NCBI GenBank assembly: GCA_051877395.1
Contig: JBJEIV010000326.1
Location: forward strand, 1 to 40,944
DNA: 40,944 bases
From: Candidatus Ornithomonoglobus sp.
GTDB taxonomy: Bacteria; Bacillota; Clostridia; UBA1381
Direction: 5' to 3'
Shown here: piece by piece, positions 9,223-18,545 of the stretch
Numbering within the stretch: the first letter of the stretch is position 1
Layout: every line of letters begins with the position of its first letter
Made by a program: the position numbers and the translations under genes
The notes under the pieces: model-generated
What the model saw: the letters and a program-made list of their open reading frames with translations, nothing else
Databases searched by the model: none
What the model was told of the DNA's origin: nothing

Positions 9223-9768
9223 TGCTTTTCTTGTCCTCGCAAATAAAGTCTTTCTTCCGGCATCGTATGTATCGGAGCAAACATGAATCAACAGCTCCTC
9301 CGCCGCGGAAAGCGCGGCAATAATACCTATTATAAAACAGGCTGCTTGGGCAAACGGAAGAAATATTATATACGGAACCGTGAAAACAAAAAATCCCGTC
9401 AGCTTATTCAAATAAGTATGCAGCGATGCGAAGCAGCGGTATTTCACCGCAGCAACGGCAAATGAAACCAGCCTCATTATCACGATAATTCCGACTATAT
9501 ACCAAATTCCGTGCGGTAGTGTATGATACATCACGGGGAATATTTTAAGTATCATAACTGAGAAAAAAATTATATCCGCCGCGCTGTCCAGTCTTGCTCC
9601 CGTTTCGCTTTCGGAATTTGTTCTTCTCGCCAAAGCTCCGTCAAGCACATCGGAAATACCGCAGTAGGTATAAACCGTAAGAAATGCCCAGGAAAAAGTC
9701 TGCATCGGTATTAAAGCAAGTGATGCCGCAATTCTGCTTAATGTAATTAAATCGGGTAAACGCTTCAT
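9208..9768 (-). CDS. CDP-alcohol phosphatidyltransferase family protein
   Basis: Motif DVLDGALARR...GARLDSAADI (D-G-x2-A-R...G-x3-D-x3-D) in a multi-pass hydrophobic protein. The start at 9768 (MKRLPD) follows AAGGAGAG. Confidence 0.75.
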   Translation of the reverse strand: MKRLPDLITLSRIAASLALIPMQTFSWAFLTVYTYCGISDVLDGALARRTNSESETGARLDSAADIIFFSVMILKIFPVMYHTLPHGIWYIVGIIVIMRLVSFAVAAVKYRCFASLHTYLNKLTGFFVFTVPYIIFLPFAQAACFIIGIIAALSAAEELLIHVCSDTYDAGRKTLFARTRKAYICF

Positions 9769-9865
9769 TTTACTCTCCTTCTGAATATGCAAGCCGTAAT
9801 TTTACAATATCATACCATATATTTACACAATAAGCAAGCCGTATGTTTGAAAATTATAATAAAAA

Positions 9866-9904
9866 ACGGATAAAATCAGCAGAAAAAGCGATTTTATCCG
9901 TTTT
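9866..9904 (-). terminator. Intrinsic terminator after the SLH protein gene (bidirectional shape)
   Basis: 12-bp stem ACGGATAAAATC / GATTTTATCCGT (9866-9877 / 9890-9901). A T-run follows on both strands. Confidence 0.8.
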
Positions 9905-9927
9905 ATATAACCTCATTCTTTTAAGAA

Positions 9928-10965
9928 TTATTCAGCAACCTCTTCCACAGGCTCCTCTGTTGCTTCTTCCTCTTCAGGCTCTTCTGTTGCCTCAGCTGCC
10001 GGTTTCTCAGTTGCCTCCGGCTCTTCTGTTGCTTCAGCTGCCGGTTCCTCTGTAGTCTCCGGCTCCTCTGTTACAGCAGGCTCCTCTGCTGTGTCAGCGA
10101 ATGTAAGCTTTGTGAGGTATCTCTGAAGAATAGCTGATGTCTCAGCTCTTGTCACGTTGTCGGCAGGGTTGATTTCCATATCGTCATTACCCTCAACGAT
10201 TCCCGATGCTACAGCCCACTTTACAGCCTCTACAGCATAATCTGTGATTGACTCGCTGTCTGCAAACGCGCTAAGCTCCTGAGCTGATGTGTCAGCGGCT
10301 TCATTGCTGAGCTTATATGCCTTATACATCGTTGAAATGATCTGCTCTCTTGTAAGGTTCTCCGAACCGCCGAAATCCTCAGCAAGGAACTCGTCCATGA
10401 TACCTGTTTCAGATACCCATGCCTCGGCGCCTGCCGCCCAGTTCTCGCCCTCTGTTACAACTTCCTCTGTTGAGTTAAGTCTGTAAAGAATAACAGCGAG
10501 CTGATCTCTTGTTACATTGTCCTGCGGACCAAAGGTTACTTCGTCATAGCCCTTTATAAGACCGTTGTTATATACATATGTAACAGCGTCTGTGAACCAT
10601 ACATCCTGACAATCCTCAAACGGATTTACAGCCGGAGCCTCTGTAGGAGCAGCTGTTGCTTCCTCTGTCGCAGTCTCCGTTGCCTCAGGAGCTGCTGTTG
10701 CTTCTTCCGTTGCTGCCTCTGTTGCATCGGGAGCTGCTGTTGCTTCTTCCGTTGCTGCCTCTGTTGCCTCAGGAGCTGCTGTTGCTTCTTCCGTTGCAGT
10801 CTCTGTTGCCTCAGGAGCCGCTGTTGCTTCTTCTGTTGCGGCAGCTGTCTCCGCAGCGGCTGTCTCTGCCGGCTCTGCTGTTGCTTCATCTGCAGCAAAT
10901 GCGAGTGATGCGCCTGCGCTTATTGTCATTGCGGCAGCGCATAATAATGCGATAAATTTTGACAT
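9928..10965 (-). CDS. Secreted S-layer-homology (SLH) domain cell-wall protein with acidic Thr/Glu/Ala-rich repeats
   Basis: Signal peptide MSKFIALLCAAAMTISAGASLAFA, followed by 14-aa tandem repeats (ATEEATAAPEATEx). Three SLH-like segments follow (e.g. FTDAVTYVYNNGLIKGYDEVTFGPQDNVTRDQLAVILYRL), then an acidic EEP-rich tail. A GGAGGA RBS is present. Confidence 0.85.
   Translation of the reverse strand: MSKFIALLCAAAMTISAGASLAFAADEATAEPAETAAAETAAATEEATAAPEATETATEEATAAPEATEAATEEATAAPDATEAATEEATAAPEATETATEEATAAPTEAPAVNPFEDCQDVWFTDAVTYVYNNGLIKGYDEVTFGPQDNVTRDQLAVILYRLNSTEEVVTEGENWAAGAEAWVSETGIMDEFLAEDFGGSENLTREQIISTMYKAYKLSNEAADTSAQELSAFADSESITDYAVEAVKWAVASGIVEGNDDMEINPADNVTRAETSAILQRYLTKLTFADTAEEPAVTEEPETTEEPAAEATEEPEATEKPAAEATEEPEEEEATEEPVEEVAE
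10652..10845. repeat. 42-bp in-frame tandem repeat (4 full units plus a degenerate fifth) inside the SLH gene
   Basis: Units at 10652-10693, 10694-10735, 10736-10777 and 10778-10819 are near-identical (GCTGTTGCTTCTTCCGTTGCTGCCTCTGTTGCCTCAGGAGCT). Each encodes 14 aa. Confidence 0.9.
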
Positions 10966-11170
10966 GATATTTTTCCTCCATATTCCTTTGTTCCTTATCT
11001 CCCATGCTTATATATTGTAGCACTCTTAAAATATTTTTTCAACAAATTTCAATAAGTTTTGTAGAATTGTTTAAAAAAAATCTTTATATATGTTTTTTGA
11101 TAGGCAAATTTTACAATATTAAGAGCGGTCATCACCCTTGACAACCGCCCATATATTCAGTTTTCCGTAT

Positions 11171-12103
11171 TTAATCCTGGAACATCGGTGTTGAAAGATA
11201 TCTTTCGCCTGTATCTGGGAGAAGCGCAACTATAACCTTCCCTTTGTTCTCCGGTCTCTTTGCAAGCTCTGTAGCTGCCCATACTGCGGCGCCTGATGAA
11301 ATACCCACAAGAACACCCTCGTTACGAGCGATTGCTCTGCCGGTCGCGAATGCGTCCTCATTCTCGACCTTTATGATCTCATCATAGATTTCAGTATTGA
11401 GTGTATCGGGAATAAAGCCCGCGCCTATACCCTGGATCTTATGCGGTCCCGGCTTGCCCTCCGAAAGTACCGGTGAACCCGCCGGCTCTACCGCTACAAC
11501 CTTGACATCAGGATTCTGTGACTTGAGATATTCACCTACACCTGAAATTGTACCGCCAGTACCTACGCCTGCTACAAATATGTCCACCTTACCGTCCGTA
11601 TCTGCCCAGATTTCCGGTCCTGTTGTTTCTCTGTGGTATGCCGGGTTTGCCGGGTTTGTGAACTGGCTGGGGATAAAGCTGTTGGGAATCTCCTGCGCCA
11701 ATGCGTCCGCCTTTGCGATCGCTCCCTTCATCCCCTTTGCGCCGTCTGTGAGAACAAGCTCCGCGCCGTATGCCTTGAGAAGATTTCTTCTCTCAATACT
11801 CATTGTCTCAGGCATTGTTATGATTATTCTGTAACCTCTTGCAGCCGCAACCGATGCCAGACCGATACCGGTATTGCCCGATGTCGGCTCAATGATTACC
11901 GAGCCCGGCTTCAGAAGTCCCTGCGCCTCTGCCTCGTCAACCATTGCCTTCGCGATTCTGTCCTTGACCGAGCCTGCCGGATTGAAATATTCCAGCTTGC
12001 CGAGCAGCGTCGCTTCAAGTCCGTTTGCCTTTTCATAGTTTACAAGCTCAAGAAGCGGGGTTTTTCCTATGAGATCTGTTATTCTTGAATAAATCCTTGC
12101 CAT
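11171..12103 (-). CDS. cysK: Cysteine synthase A (O-acetylserine sulfhydrylase)
   Basis: 310 aa. It has the PLP-lysine region NPAGSVKDR, plus [10 protein letters not shown] and [10 protein letters not shown] motifs. Confidence 0.92.
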   Translation of the reverse strand: MARIYSRITDLIGKTPLLELVNYEKANGLEATLLGKLEYFNPAGSVKDRIAKAMVDEAEAQGLLKPGSVIIEPTSGNTGIGLASVAAARGYRIIITMPETMSIERRNLLKAYGAELVLTDGAKGMKGAIAKADALAQEIPNSFIPSQFTNPANPAYHRETTGPEIWADTDGKVDIFVAGVGTGGTISGVGEYLKSQNPDVKVVAVEPAGSPVLSEGKPGPHKIQGIGAGFIPDTLNTEIYDEIIKVENEDAFATGRAIARNEGVLVGISSGAAVWAATELAKRPENKGKVIVALLPDTGERYLSTPMFQD

Positions 12104-12134
12104 TTAAAAAGCCTTCTTTCTATACAAACAAATT

Positions 12135-13433
12135 TTAATCTTTTTCCACTGCCGCGAATGCGTCGTCAAGCGCGGCGATAAGGTCATTCACATTTTCAAT
12201 GCCTATTGAAAGTCTTATTGTGTTGGGCTTTATACCCTGCTCAAGAAGCTCCTGCTCACTGCACTGTGAATGTGTTGTTGTTGCCGGGTGAATTACAAGC
12301 GACTTAACATCCGCAACATTTGCAAGAAGTGAGAAGATTTCAAGATTATCAATAAACTTCTGCGCCTTTGCCTGATCTCCCTTAATCTCAAAAGTGAAGA
12401 TTGAGCCTGCTCCGTTCGGGAAATACTTCTTGTAAAGCTCATGACTCGGATCATTCTCAAGCGACGGATGGTGAACCGCCTCTACCTGCGGATGCTTACT
12501 GAGATACTCAACAATCCTGAGTGAATTTTCAACATGACGCTCAACTCTGAGTGAGAGCGTTTCAAGTCCCTGAAGGAAGATGAACGCATGGAACGGTGAA
12601 AGAGTTGCGCCTGTGTCACGGAGAAGAATTGCTCTTATGTATGTAACGAACGCCGCAGGTCCTGCCGCCTCCGCAAAGGATACACCGTGATATGACGGGT
12701 TCGGCTCTGAAATCCACGGATATCTGCCCGACGCCTTCCAGTCAAACGTGCCGCCGTCAACGATTACGCCGCCAATTGCCGTTCCGTGACCGCCGATGAA
12801 CTTTGTCGCTGAATGTACAACGATATCCGCGCCGTGCTCGATCGGTCTTAAAAGATACGGTGTGGCAAAGGTTGAGTCAATTACAAGCGGGATGCCGTGC
12901 TTATGCGCGATTTCCGCAACCGCCTCAATATCAATTATATTTGAGTTGGGGTTGCCGAGTGACTCGATAAAGATTGCCTTCGTCTTATCGTCTATTGCCT
13001 TCTCAAATACGTCTATGCCATCCTCCGGGTCAACGAACTTTGTTGTTACGCCGAAGCCCGGGAATGTGTGCTCAAGATAGTTATATGTACCGCCGTAGAT
13101 CGTCTTTGCAGCTACGATGTTCTCACCCTGCTGAGCAAGCGCCTGGAAGGTATATGCAAGCGCCGCAGCGCCCGATGCTACCGCAAGCGCCGCAACACCG
13201 CCTTCAAGAGCTGCCATTCTCTGCTCAAATACATCCTCTGTGGGGTTTGTAAGTCTTCCGTAGATATTACCCGCGTCACGAAGTCCGAAGCGGTCTGCCG
13301 CATGCTGTGAATCATGGAATACATATGATGTTGTCGCGTAAATCGGAACTGCTCTTGCGTCCGTAACCGGATCCGCCTTTTCCTGTCCTACGTGCAGCTG
13401 CTTTGTTTCAAATCTCCATTCTCTATTTGCCAT
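12135..13433 (-). CDS. metY: O-acetylhomoserine sulfhydrylase (aminocarboxypropyltransferase)
   Basis: Cys/Met-metabolism PLP enzyme (WRFETKQLHVGQE, NPT, SATKFIGGHG with the PLP lysine). The ATG at 13433 (MANREW) follows AGAAAGAGG. There is a 31-nt gap to cysK. Confidence 0.88.
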   Translation of the reverse strand: MANREWRFETKQLHVGQEKADPVTDARAVPIYATTSYVFHDSQHAADRFGLRDAGNIYGRLTNPTEDVFEQRMAALEGGVAALAVASGAAALAYTFQALAQQGENIVAAKTIYGGTYNYLEHTFPGFGVTTKFVDPEDGIDVFEKAIDDKTKAIFIESLGNPNSNIIDIEAVAEIAHKHGIPLVIDSTFATPYLLRPIEHGADIVVHSATKFIGGHGTAIGGVIVDGGTFDWKASGRYPWISEPNPSYHGVSFAEAAGPAAFVTYIRAILLRDTGATLSPFHAFIFLQGLETLSLRVERHVENSLRIVEYLSKHPQVEAVHHPSLENDPSHELYKKYFPNGAGSIFTFEIKGDQAKAQKFIDNLEIFSLLANVADVKSLVIHPATTTHSQCSEQELLEQGIKPNTIRLSIGIENVNDLIAALDDAFAAVEKD

Positions 13434-13497
13434 TTGAATTACCTCTTTCTGTGTCATTTATTCATTTCCTATCGGATTAGTATGTTTTGATATCCTT

Positions 13498-13525
13498 AGT
13501 ATATCACATTTTCCTGTTTTGTCAA
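13498..13525 (-). promoter_or_regulatory. Putative sigma-A promoter of metY-cysK
   Basis: On the minus strand: TTGACA (13520-13525), a 16-nt spacer, then TG-n-TATACT (13498-13503). It lies about 65 nt upstream of the metY ATG. Confidence 0.5.
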
Positions 13526-13640
13526 TACCTTTTTGCAATTTTTTTTATTTTTTTATATATTATTTACTCTGCGTTTTATAACTATATGATGATATCGGCT
13601 TGTTATGCCAGATATTCTCAGCTTAAACTGAGATAACTGC

Positions 13641-13678
13641 AAAACAAAAACCGCCCCAAGCCTGTGCTTTAAGCGGTT
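13641..13678 (-). terminator. Intrinsic terminator of an orphan short transcription unit
   Basis: On the minus strand: AACCGC..AAGC-loop-GCTT..GCGGTT interrupted stem followed by TTTTTGTTTT. Confidence 0.5.
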
Positions 13679-13789
13679 CTTGCAATCCTTTCATATGCCC
13701 TTTGACAAAAGTTCTTATTAGGTCTATATTAATGTTATATCCTCTTATGAAAATTACATATATACGTTTTACGAGTAGTATTATACCAT

Positions 13790-13818
13790 ATACTTCTCAT
13801 AAAGTCAAGAAAAACGAA
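13790..13818 (-). promoter_or_regulatory. Near-consensus orphan sigma-A promoter
   Basis: On the minus strand: TTGACT (13813-13818), a 17-nt spacer, then TATAAT (13790-13795). No annotated ORF follows, and a terminator lies about 110-140 nt downstream. Confidence 0.5.
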
Positions 13819-13859
13819 TATAATTATTCTTAAAATGAGTATTTTATGAGGTTTAAGTT

Positions 13860-14192
13860 ATGAAAAGAATATCTGAATTAAGGAAAGAGAAGCATTTAAA
13901 TCAAACCGGCTTAGGAATGCTTTTAAACGTATCGCAAAAAATGATAAGCGCATACGAGAGCGGAATACATCAGCCAAGCATTGAAACCCTGAAACAGATG
14001 TCAAAAATATTTAATGTTTCTGTAGATTATATAATTGAAAACACTGATATAAAGACACCTGTTGATCAGTTTGCAAGAAATGAGCTGAAATTTGAAGAAA
14101 TAGAGCTTTTGTCCATTTTCAAAGATTTAAGTAAAAATGAACAGCAAAGAGCAATAGGAATAATATTTGCGCTGAAGCATTACAACGACTGA
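13860..14192 (+). CDS. XRE-family helix-turn-helix transcriptional regulator
   Basis: 110 aa. HTH_3 signature LRKEKHLNQTGLGMLLNVSQKMISAYESGIHQPSIETLKQMSKIFNVSVDYI. Confidence 0.8.
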   Translation: MKRISELRKEKHLNQTGLGMLLNVSQKMISAYESGIHQPSIETLKQMSKIFNVSVDYIIENTDIKTPVDQFARNELKFEEIELLSIFKDLSKNEQQRAIGIIFALKHYND

Positions 14193-14201
14193 GTGCCGCA
14201 T

Positions 14202-14228
14202 AAAGGGGCAGTCAAACCGCCCCTTTTA
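14202..14228. terminator. Bidirectional intrinsic terminator between convergent genes
   Basis: Stem AAAGGGGC / GCCCCTTT (14202-14209 / 14219-14226) with flanking A and T runs. Confidence 0.7.
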
Positions 14229-14232
14229 AACA

Positions 14233-17200
14233 CTATTCAAGAATACTCATAATATCGTCAGCCGACATCTTCATAATATCACCCTCACCGTTGAGCGCTA
14301 TATCGGATAACGCCTCCTTGCGCTGCTGCATCTCGATAATTCTCTCCTCAATAGTTTTCTCCGCAATCAGCTTATATATCTGAACGTTTCTTTTCTGTCC
14401 TATTCTGTATACACGATCCGATGCCTGGTTTTCCGCCGAGACATTCCACCACGGATCATAATGGATAACTATATCCGCCCCTGTAAGATTCAGTCCCGTT
14501 CCTCCCGCTTTAAGCGAAATAAGAAACAGCTTTGTATCATCCGAATTAAAGCTGTTAACCATTCTCAGTCTTTCCTTCGGCTTTGTTTTTCCCGTAAGAG
14601 TGTAATAGCTTATACCCCGCTCGCTCAGATTTTTTGCTATTATATCAAGCATTGATGTGAACTGCGAGAACAGCAGTATCTTATGTCCGGCATTCATGCA
14701 GCTTTCAATAAGCTCCATGCACATTTCAAGCTTCGCACTTGTACCGGTATAATTCTCATATACCAGCGAAGGATCACAGCATAGCTGACGCAGTCTTGTA
14801 AGCATTGCAAGTATCCTAAGCTTATCCTCTCCGCTGCCGCTTGAGGAGCCTAACAACTGTTTGGTTTCAATTACATGCGCCGAATATATTTTGCTCTGCT
14901 CCGGCTCCATTTTTGCCTTCATAACCGTTTCGGTCTTATCCGGAAGCTCGGTAAGAACCTCTTTTTTCAAACGTCTCAGAATAAAGGGCGAGGTCAGCTT
15001 CTGAAGCGCCCGCACCGTGTTGTTATCATGCCGTTTTACAATCGGGGTCTCATAGGTCTTTTTAAAATATGTGTACGCATGAAGATACCCCGGCATGATA
15101 AAATCAAATATACTCCAAAGCTCGGCAAGACTGTTTTCAACAGGCGTTCCCGTCAGCGCAAAGCGCACTTTTGATTTTACCCCCTTTACCGCCTTTGCCA
15201 TCTGCGTGCCGTGATTTTTTATGTACTGCGCCTCGTCAATAAAATGCAGATCAAAGCTCATGTTTTCATATTTCGATATATCACGAATCAAAGTCTGATA
15301 TGAGGTTATCACCACATCGTATTCGTCTATCATATTAATATATTCATTCCGCTCAGACACTGTGCCTGCTATAGTAACAGCGCTCAGCGACGGAGCAAAT
15401 TTGCGGATTTCGCTTTCCCAGTTCAGCGCAAGCGATGAGGGGCATACGACAAGAAACCTGCCGTGTCCTTTATTTGCCGCCTTCATATCAAGCATAAGCG
15501 AAATAGCTTGTAATGTTTTTCCCAGACCCATGTCATCCGCCAGTATTCCGCCGAAGCCGTATGCTGCAATCGTTTTCATCCATATAAAGCCGTATTTCTG
15601 ATATTCTCTCATAACCGGCTCAACCTCCGCCGGAAGCTCCCAGCTCTGAGCTTCGTCCATGAGAGAATTATACTGCTTTATAAGCCGTTTAAACTCACTG
15701 TTTCTTGCAATCCGCATTCCGTCAGCATCATTCTGTATACCGTTAAGATACAGCATTCTGTACTGCGGAAGCCTGATATTCTCCTTGAGAAGCGCCTTGT
15801 CGGTGATGTTGAGATTTTCCGCCAGCTCCGCAAGCTCCCGCAGTCCGTTATCGACCGTCATAAATGAACCGTCTTTTAACCTGTGGTACTTTTTTCCCAT
15901 ACGGTACGACTTCAGACCCTCAACAAGCTCCTCTATCGTATACCCTTGGGCGGTGACATCAAGCGCAAGCAGATTGCTTTCCGCCCTCACGCCCACAACC
16001 GGATGCGCCGGAGGTCTTACATTTATCCTCTTGAACTTCTCGCTTGCATAGATATCCATCAGCTCCGAAAGCCTGTCCAGACCTTCCGTCATAAACCGAT
16101 ATATCCTCTCATCACCCTCTATAACCAGCGGCTCTGTCAGATAATGTCTGTAGTCAAAATACTGCTGAACCGTCTGCTCGGCTGCCGTTTCTCCGCTGTA
16201 GTCGCAGAACGGGTTCTCGCTCTTTTTATAAAATGCGGCATAGCTTTTCCCGTCATACACAAATTCAAGACGCGCGGTTATCATATCCTTATCGGGCGCA
16301 TCCACATACAGTCTCGTTTCAAGCTCCGGCGGCGCGTACTGCTCAACCAGATCAAGTCCTTCTATGTCAATATACGGTATCAGCGGCTTTATCACCGCGT
16401 TGTAGAATGCGGGCATATCCGCGTTTGAAATACATATTTGTTTCTTGCTCCTGAACGCCTCGCACAATCCGCATACCATTCTTGTATACTTAACGTCGCA
16501 TATATAAAACTGTTTTTGTCTGTTACTGAAAAAATACGCATGTCTGCCGCTGCCGCAGTATACGAACTCTTTGTCAAGCTCTATATAATATCTTCCGCTG
16601 CTGTTTACCGCAATGTTAAGGTGAAGCTCCGGATTTTCAGATTTAATATAATACCGCTCACCCGAAAAGCTGATATACTCATCACAATACAATTCAAAAA
16701 AATCATCTATCCACCGTTTATTTAACTCATGAGTTCTTTTTTTGTCATAAAAGCTATACTCATACCCATAGCCGGAGGTCTTATATATATTCATCGCAAG
16801 ATTGACCACTCTGCGGCTCTTTTCATCAACCGCATCCCAGTCATGATGAAAGGTAAGCTCCTTTCCGTAGCGCTCGGTTGCGCGGTTTGCAAAATTTGAA
16901 TACAAATTGTCTATATTTTTTACAATATACGATCTTCCGTGCTCTTTTCCTATCTTAAGAATAAACGACAAATTATTATATTCGTCGTATTCCAGCTCCG
17001 GCACAATACGAACCCGTTCATCAGATACATTATTCAGGGCCTCACCGGCAGCATTGCTGCTGTAGTATTGCAATAGATACCCCACCTCACGAGAGCTGGT
17101 TCCCATCAGCTGATCCTTATTATCCCTCACCGCAAGCAGCGCCGCGGCCATATGCTTGCAGTAAGCGCCCCTGTCATAAGGACAGTTACAGTCAATTTCT

Positions 17201-17385
17201 GTAACGTTTCCGTCCGCGTCCAGACTGAGCGTAACCGTATAGGTTTTACTTCCCTTAACCTCAACGGCAAGGCTTCCTATAGCTGCCATTGCCTGTATAG
17301 AACGCACCCGCCCCTGCCTGTAATAGTTAAGTCCTCTATGATATATCGTACTGTTTATATAATTCCAGAAATTATTTATATGCAT
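14233..17385 (-). CDS. SWIM zinc-finger / SNF2-family helicase
   Basis: 1050 aa. N-terminal SWIM motif CNCPYDRGAYCKHMAAALL, then a long SNF2-associated middle region. SNF2 motifs are present: ILADDMGLGKT (I), DEAQYIKN (II), LTGTPVEN (III) and a helicase-C region (GGTGLNLTGADIVIHYDPWWN). Confidence 0.9.
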   Translation of the reverse strand: MHINNFWNYINSTIYHRGLNYYRQGRVRSIQAMAAIGSLAVEVKGSKTYTVTLSLDADGNVTEIDCNCPYDRGAYCKHMAAALLAVRDNKDQLMGTSSREVGYLLQYYSSNAAGEALNNVSDERVRIVPELEYDEYNNLSFILKIGKEHGRSYIVKNIDNLYSNFANRATERYGKELTFHHDWDAVDEKSRRVVNLAMNIYKTSGYGYEYSFYDKKRTHELNKRWIDDFFELYCDEYISFSGERYYIKSENPELHLNIAVNSSGRYYIELDKEFVYCGSGRHAYFFSNRQKQFYICDVKYTRMVCGLCEAFRSKKQICISNADMPAFYNAVIKPLIPYIDIEGLDLVEQYAPPELETRLYVDAPDKDMITARLEFVYDGKSYAAFYKKSENPFCDYSGETAAEQTVQQYFDYRHYLTEPLVIEGDERIYRFMTEGLDRLSELMDIYASEKFKRINVRPPAHPVVGVRAESNLLALDVTAQGYTIEELVEGLKSYRMGKKYHRLKDGSFMTVDNGLRELAELAENLNITDKALLKENIRLPQYRMLYLNGIQNDADGMRIARNSEFKRLIKQYNSLMDEAQSWELPAEVEPVMREYQKYGFIWMKTIAAYGFGGILADDMGLGKTLQAISLMLDMKAANKGHGRFLVVCPSSLALNWESEIRKFAPSLSAVTIAGTVSERNEYINMIDEYDVVITSYQTLIRDISKYENMSFDLHFIDEAQYIKNHGTQMAKAVKGVKSKVRFALTGTPVENSLAELWSIFDFIMPGYLHAYTYFKKTYETPIVKRHDNNTVRALQKLTSPFILRRLKKEVLTELPDKTETVMKAKMEPEQSKIYSAHVIETKQLLGSSSGSGEDKLRILAMLTRLRQLCCDPSLVYENYTGTSAKLEMCMELIESCMNAGHKILLFSQFTSMLDIIAKNLSERGISYYTLTGKTKPKERLRMVNSFNSDDTKLFLISLKAGGTGLNLTGADIVIHYDPWWNVSAENQASDRVYRIGQKRNVQIYKLIAEKTIEERIIEMQQRKEALSDIALNGEGDIMKMSADDIMSILE

Positions 17386-17511
17386 TTATAAATCCCTTAT
17401 CCCGCTATTGTACTCTCACGATGCACAGTGTAGCCTTTCATTTGATTTTGCTTTAATTTTATCATAACAATATAATTAATACAAGCATTTTTATGGCTTT
17501 TCAGAAAATAA

Positions 17512-17540
17512 TTGCACTATTTTATAAAATATGATATAAT
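17512..17540 (+). promoter_or_regulatory. Putative sigma-A promoter of the five-gene cassette
   Basis: TTGCAC (17512-17517), a 17-nt spacer, then TG-a-TATAAT (extended -10, 17535-17540). It lies about 60 nt upstream of the ASCH gene. Confidence 0.55.
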
Positions 17541-17602
17541 TATTGTACTACTTAGCATATAACGAAGCGTAAATTTTATGAATATGATACGGAGAAAGTG
17601 TA

Positions 17603-18004
17603 ATGGAAAGCGTAAAATTTCCAGATTGGGACATAAATGATGTATTTACAATACATTATATGAAGCTCAATCAAATACCATTTGATAAAATCAAGAGCGG
17701 AGAAAAAACAATAGAAATTCGTTGCAATGATGAAAAGCGGCAGATGTTAAAAGAAAATGATATTATTGTGTTTCAGCTTGTAGATAACGAAAATGAAACT
17801 ATAATAACAAAAGTTAAAGCACTATATAGATTTAAAACCTTTTACCAATTATATTCCGCGTTCAATTTTTCTGAATTTGGGTGCGAAGGCTATACCATGA
17901 GAAGAATGCTTGATGAAACAGAAATGATTTATTCCAAAGATAAAGAACAAAAATATGGCGCATTGGGAATACGGATTGAGGTTATAAATAGAGAGGTAAA
18001 CTGA
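17603..18004 (+). CDS. ASCH (PUA-like fold) domain protein
   Basis: 133 aa. FDKIKSGEKTIEIRCNDEKRQMLKENDIIVFQ is the typical ASCH N-terminal pattern. A GGAGAAAG RBS is present. Confidence 0.7.
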   Translation: MESVKFPDWDINDVFTIHYMKLNQIPFDKIKSGEKTIEIRCNDEKRQMLKENDIIVFQLVDNENETIITKVKALYRFKTFYQLYSAFNFSEFGCEGYTMRRMLDETEMIYSKDKEQKYGALGIRIEVINREVN

Positions 18005-18513
18005 TGAACATATATATATTCCGCGGCAAGTCCGCAACAGGTAAAACCACATTGACAAATATATTAAGCAAAAAACTCAATATTCCCGTTTTGCGTAAGG
18101 ATAATATATTCGATGAGTTATCAAAATACGAAAAGGATATATCTGTTTTGAACAGCGCAAGCTATGATATCCTCGCACGGCAGATACAAACTTGCATTGA
18201 TAATAATTCTGATGTGATAGTTGATATTGCCCTGCAGCATACGCCGTCATTTAAAGTATTTTTAAATAAAATTGATTTTAAGGATAGTACGATTTACCAA
18301 TTTTTCTGTGATTGCAGCAATGATGATATATGGCTTGAACGGTGGCGTGAAAGATTGAAAAATCCTCTGCCTAATCAGTATTTTAAAAATATTGATGAAA
18401 TTGTAGGGCATTATGACAAATGTGATATAGAATTGTTAAATAGTGAGATTGTTTTAGATAGTATACTAAAAATGGATGTCCTTATGAATAAAATTTTGGA
18501 GGTATTCAAATGA
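18004..18513 (+). CDS. Small P-loop NTPase / nucleoside-nucleotide kinase-like protein
   Basis: 169 aa with Walker A FRGKSATGKTTL at the extreme N-terminus. The start overlaps the ASCH stop (TGATG at 18002-18006). Confidence 0.65.
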   Translation: MNIYIFRGKSATGKTTLTNILSKKLNIPVLRKDNIFDELSKYEKDISVLNSASYDILARQIQTCIDNNSDVIVDIALQHTPSFKVFLNKIDFKDSTIYQFFCDCSNDDIWLERWRERLKNPLPNQYFKNIDEIVGHYDKCDIELLNSEIVLDSILKMDVLMNKILEVFK

Positions 18514-18545
18514 AGTTAATATAGAAAGATCGTGAATTGATACAG

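Noticed and set aside
10626-10955. Gln/Arg-rich (minus strand) and Leu/Pro-rich (plus strand) ORFs inside the SLH gene
   Set aside because: These are alternative-frame or antisense readings of the 42-bp tandem repeat. The SLH frame has a signal peptide, an RBS and recognisable domains, and these frames have none.
13433-13860. Expected S-box (SAM-I) riboswitch or Met T-box leader upstream of metY
   Set aside because: I read the minus strand for the conserved cores and found neither. The S-box core would be GAGGGA...GGCCC...GCAACC. The T-box core would be the AGAGA/GNUGNA elements plus the GGUGGUACCGCG-type T-box sequence. There is only a loose resemblance (AAGAGGA, ATGAAAGGATTGCAAGAACC), so no riboswitch is called.
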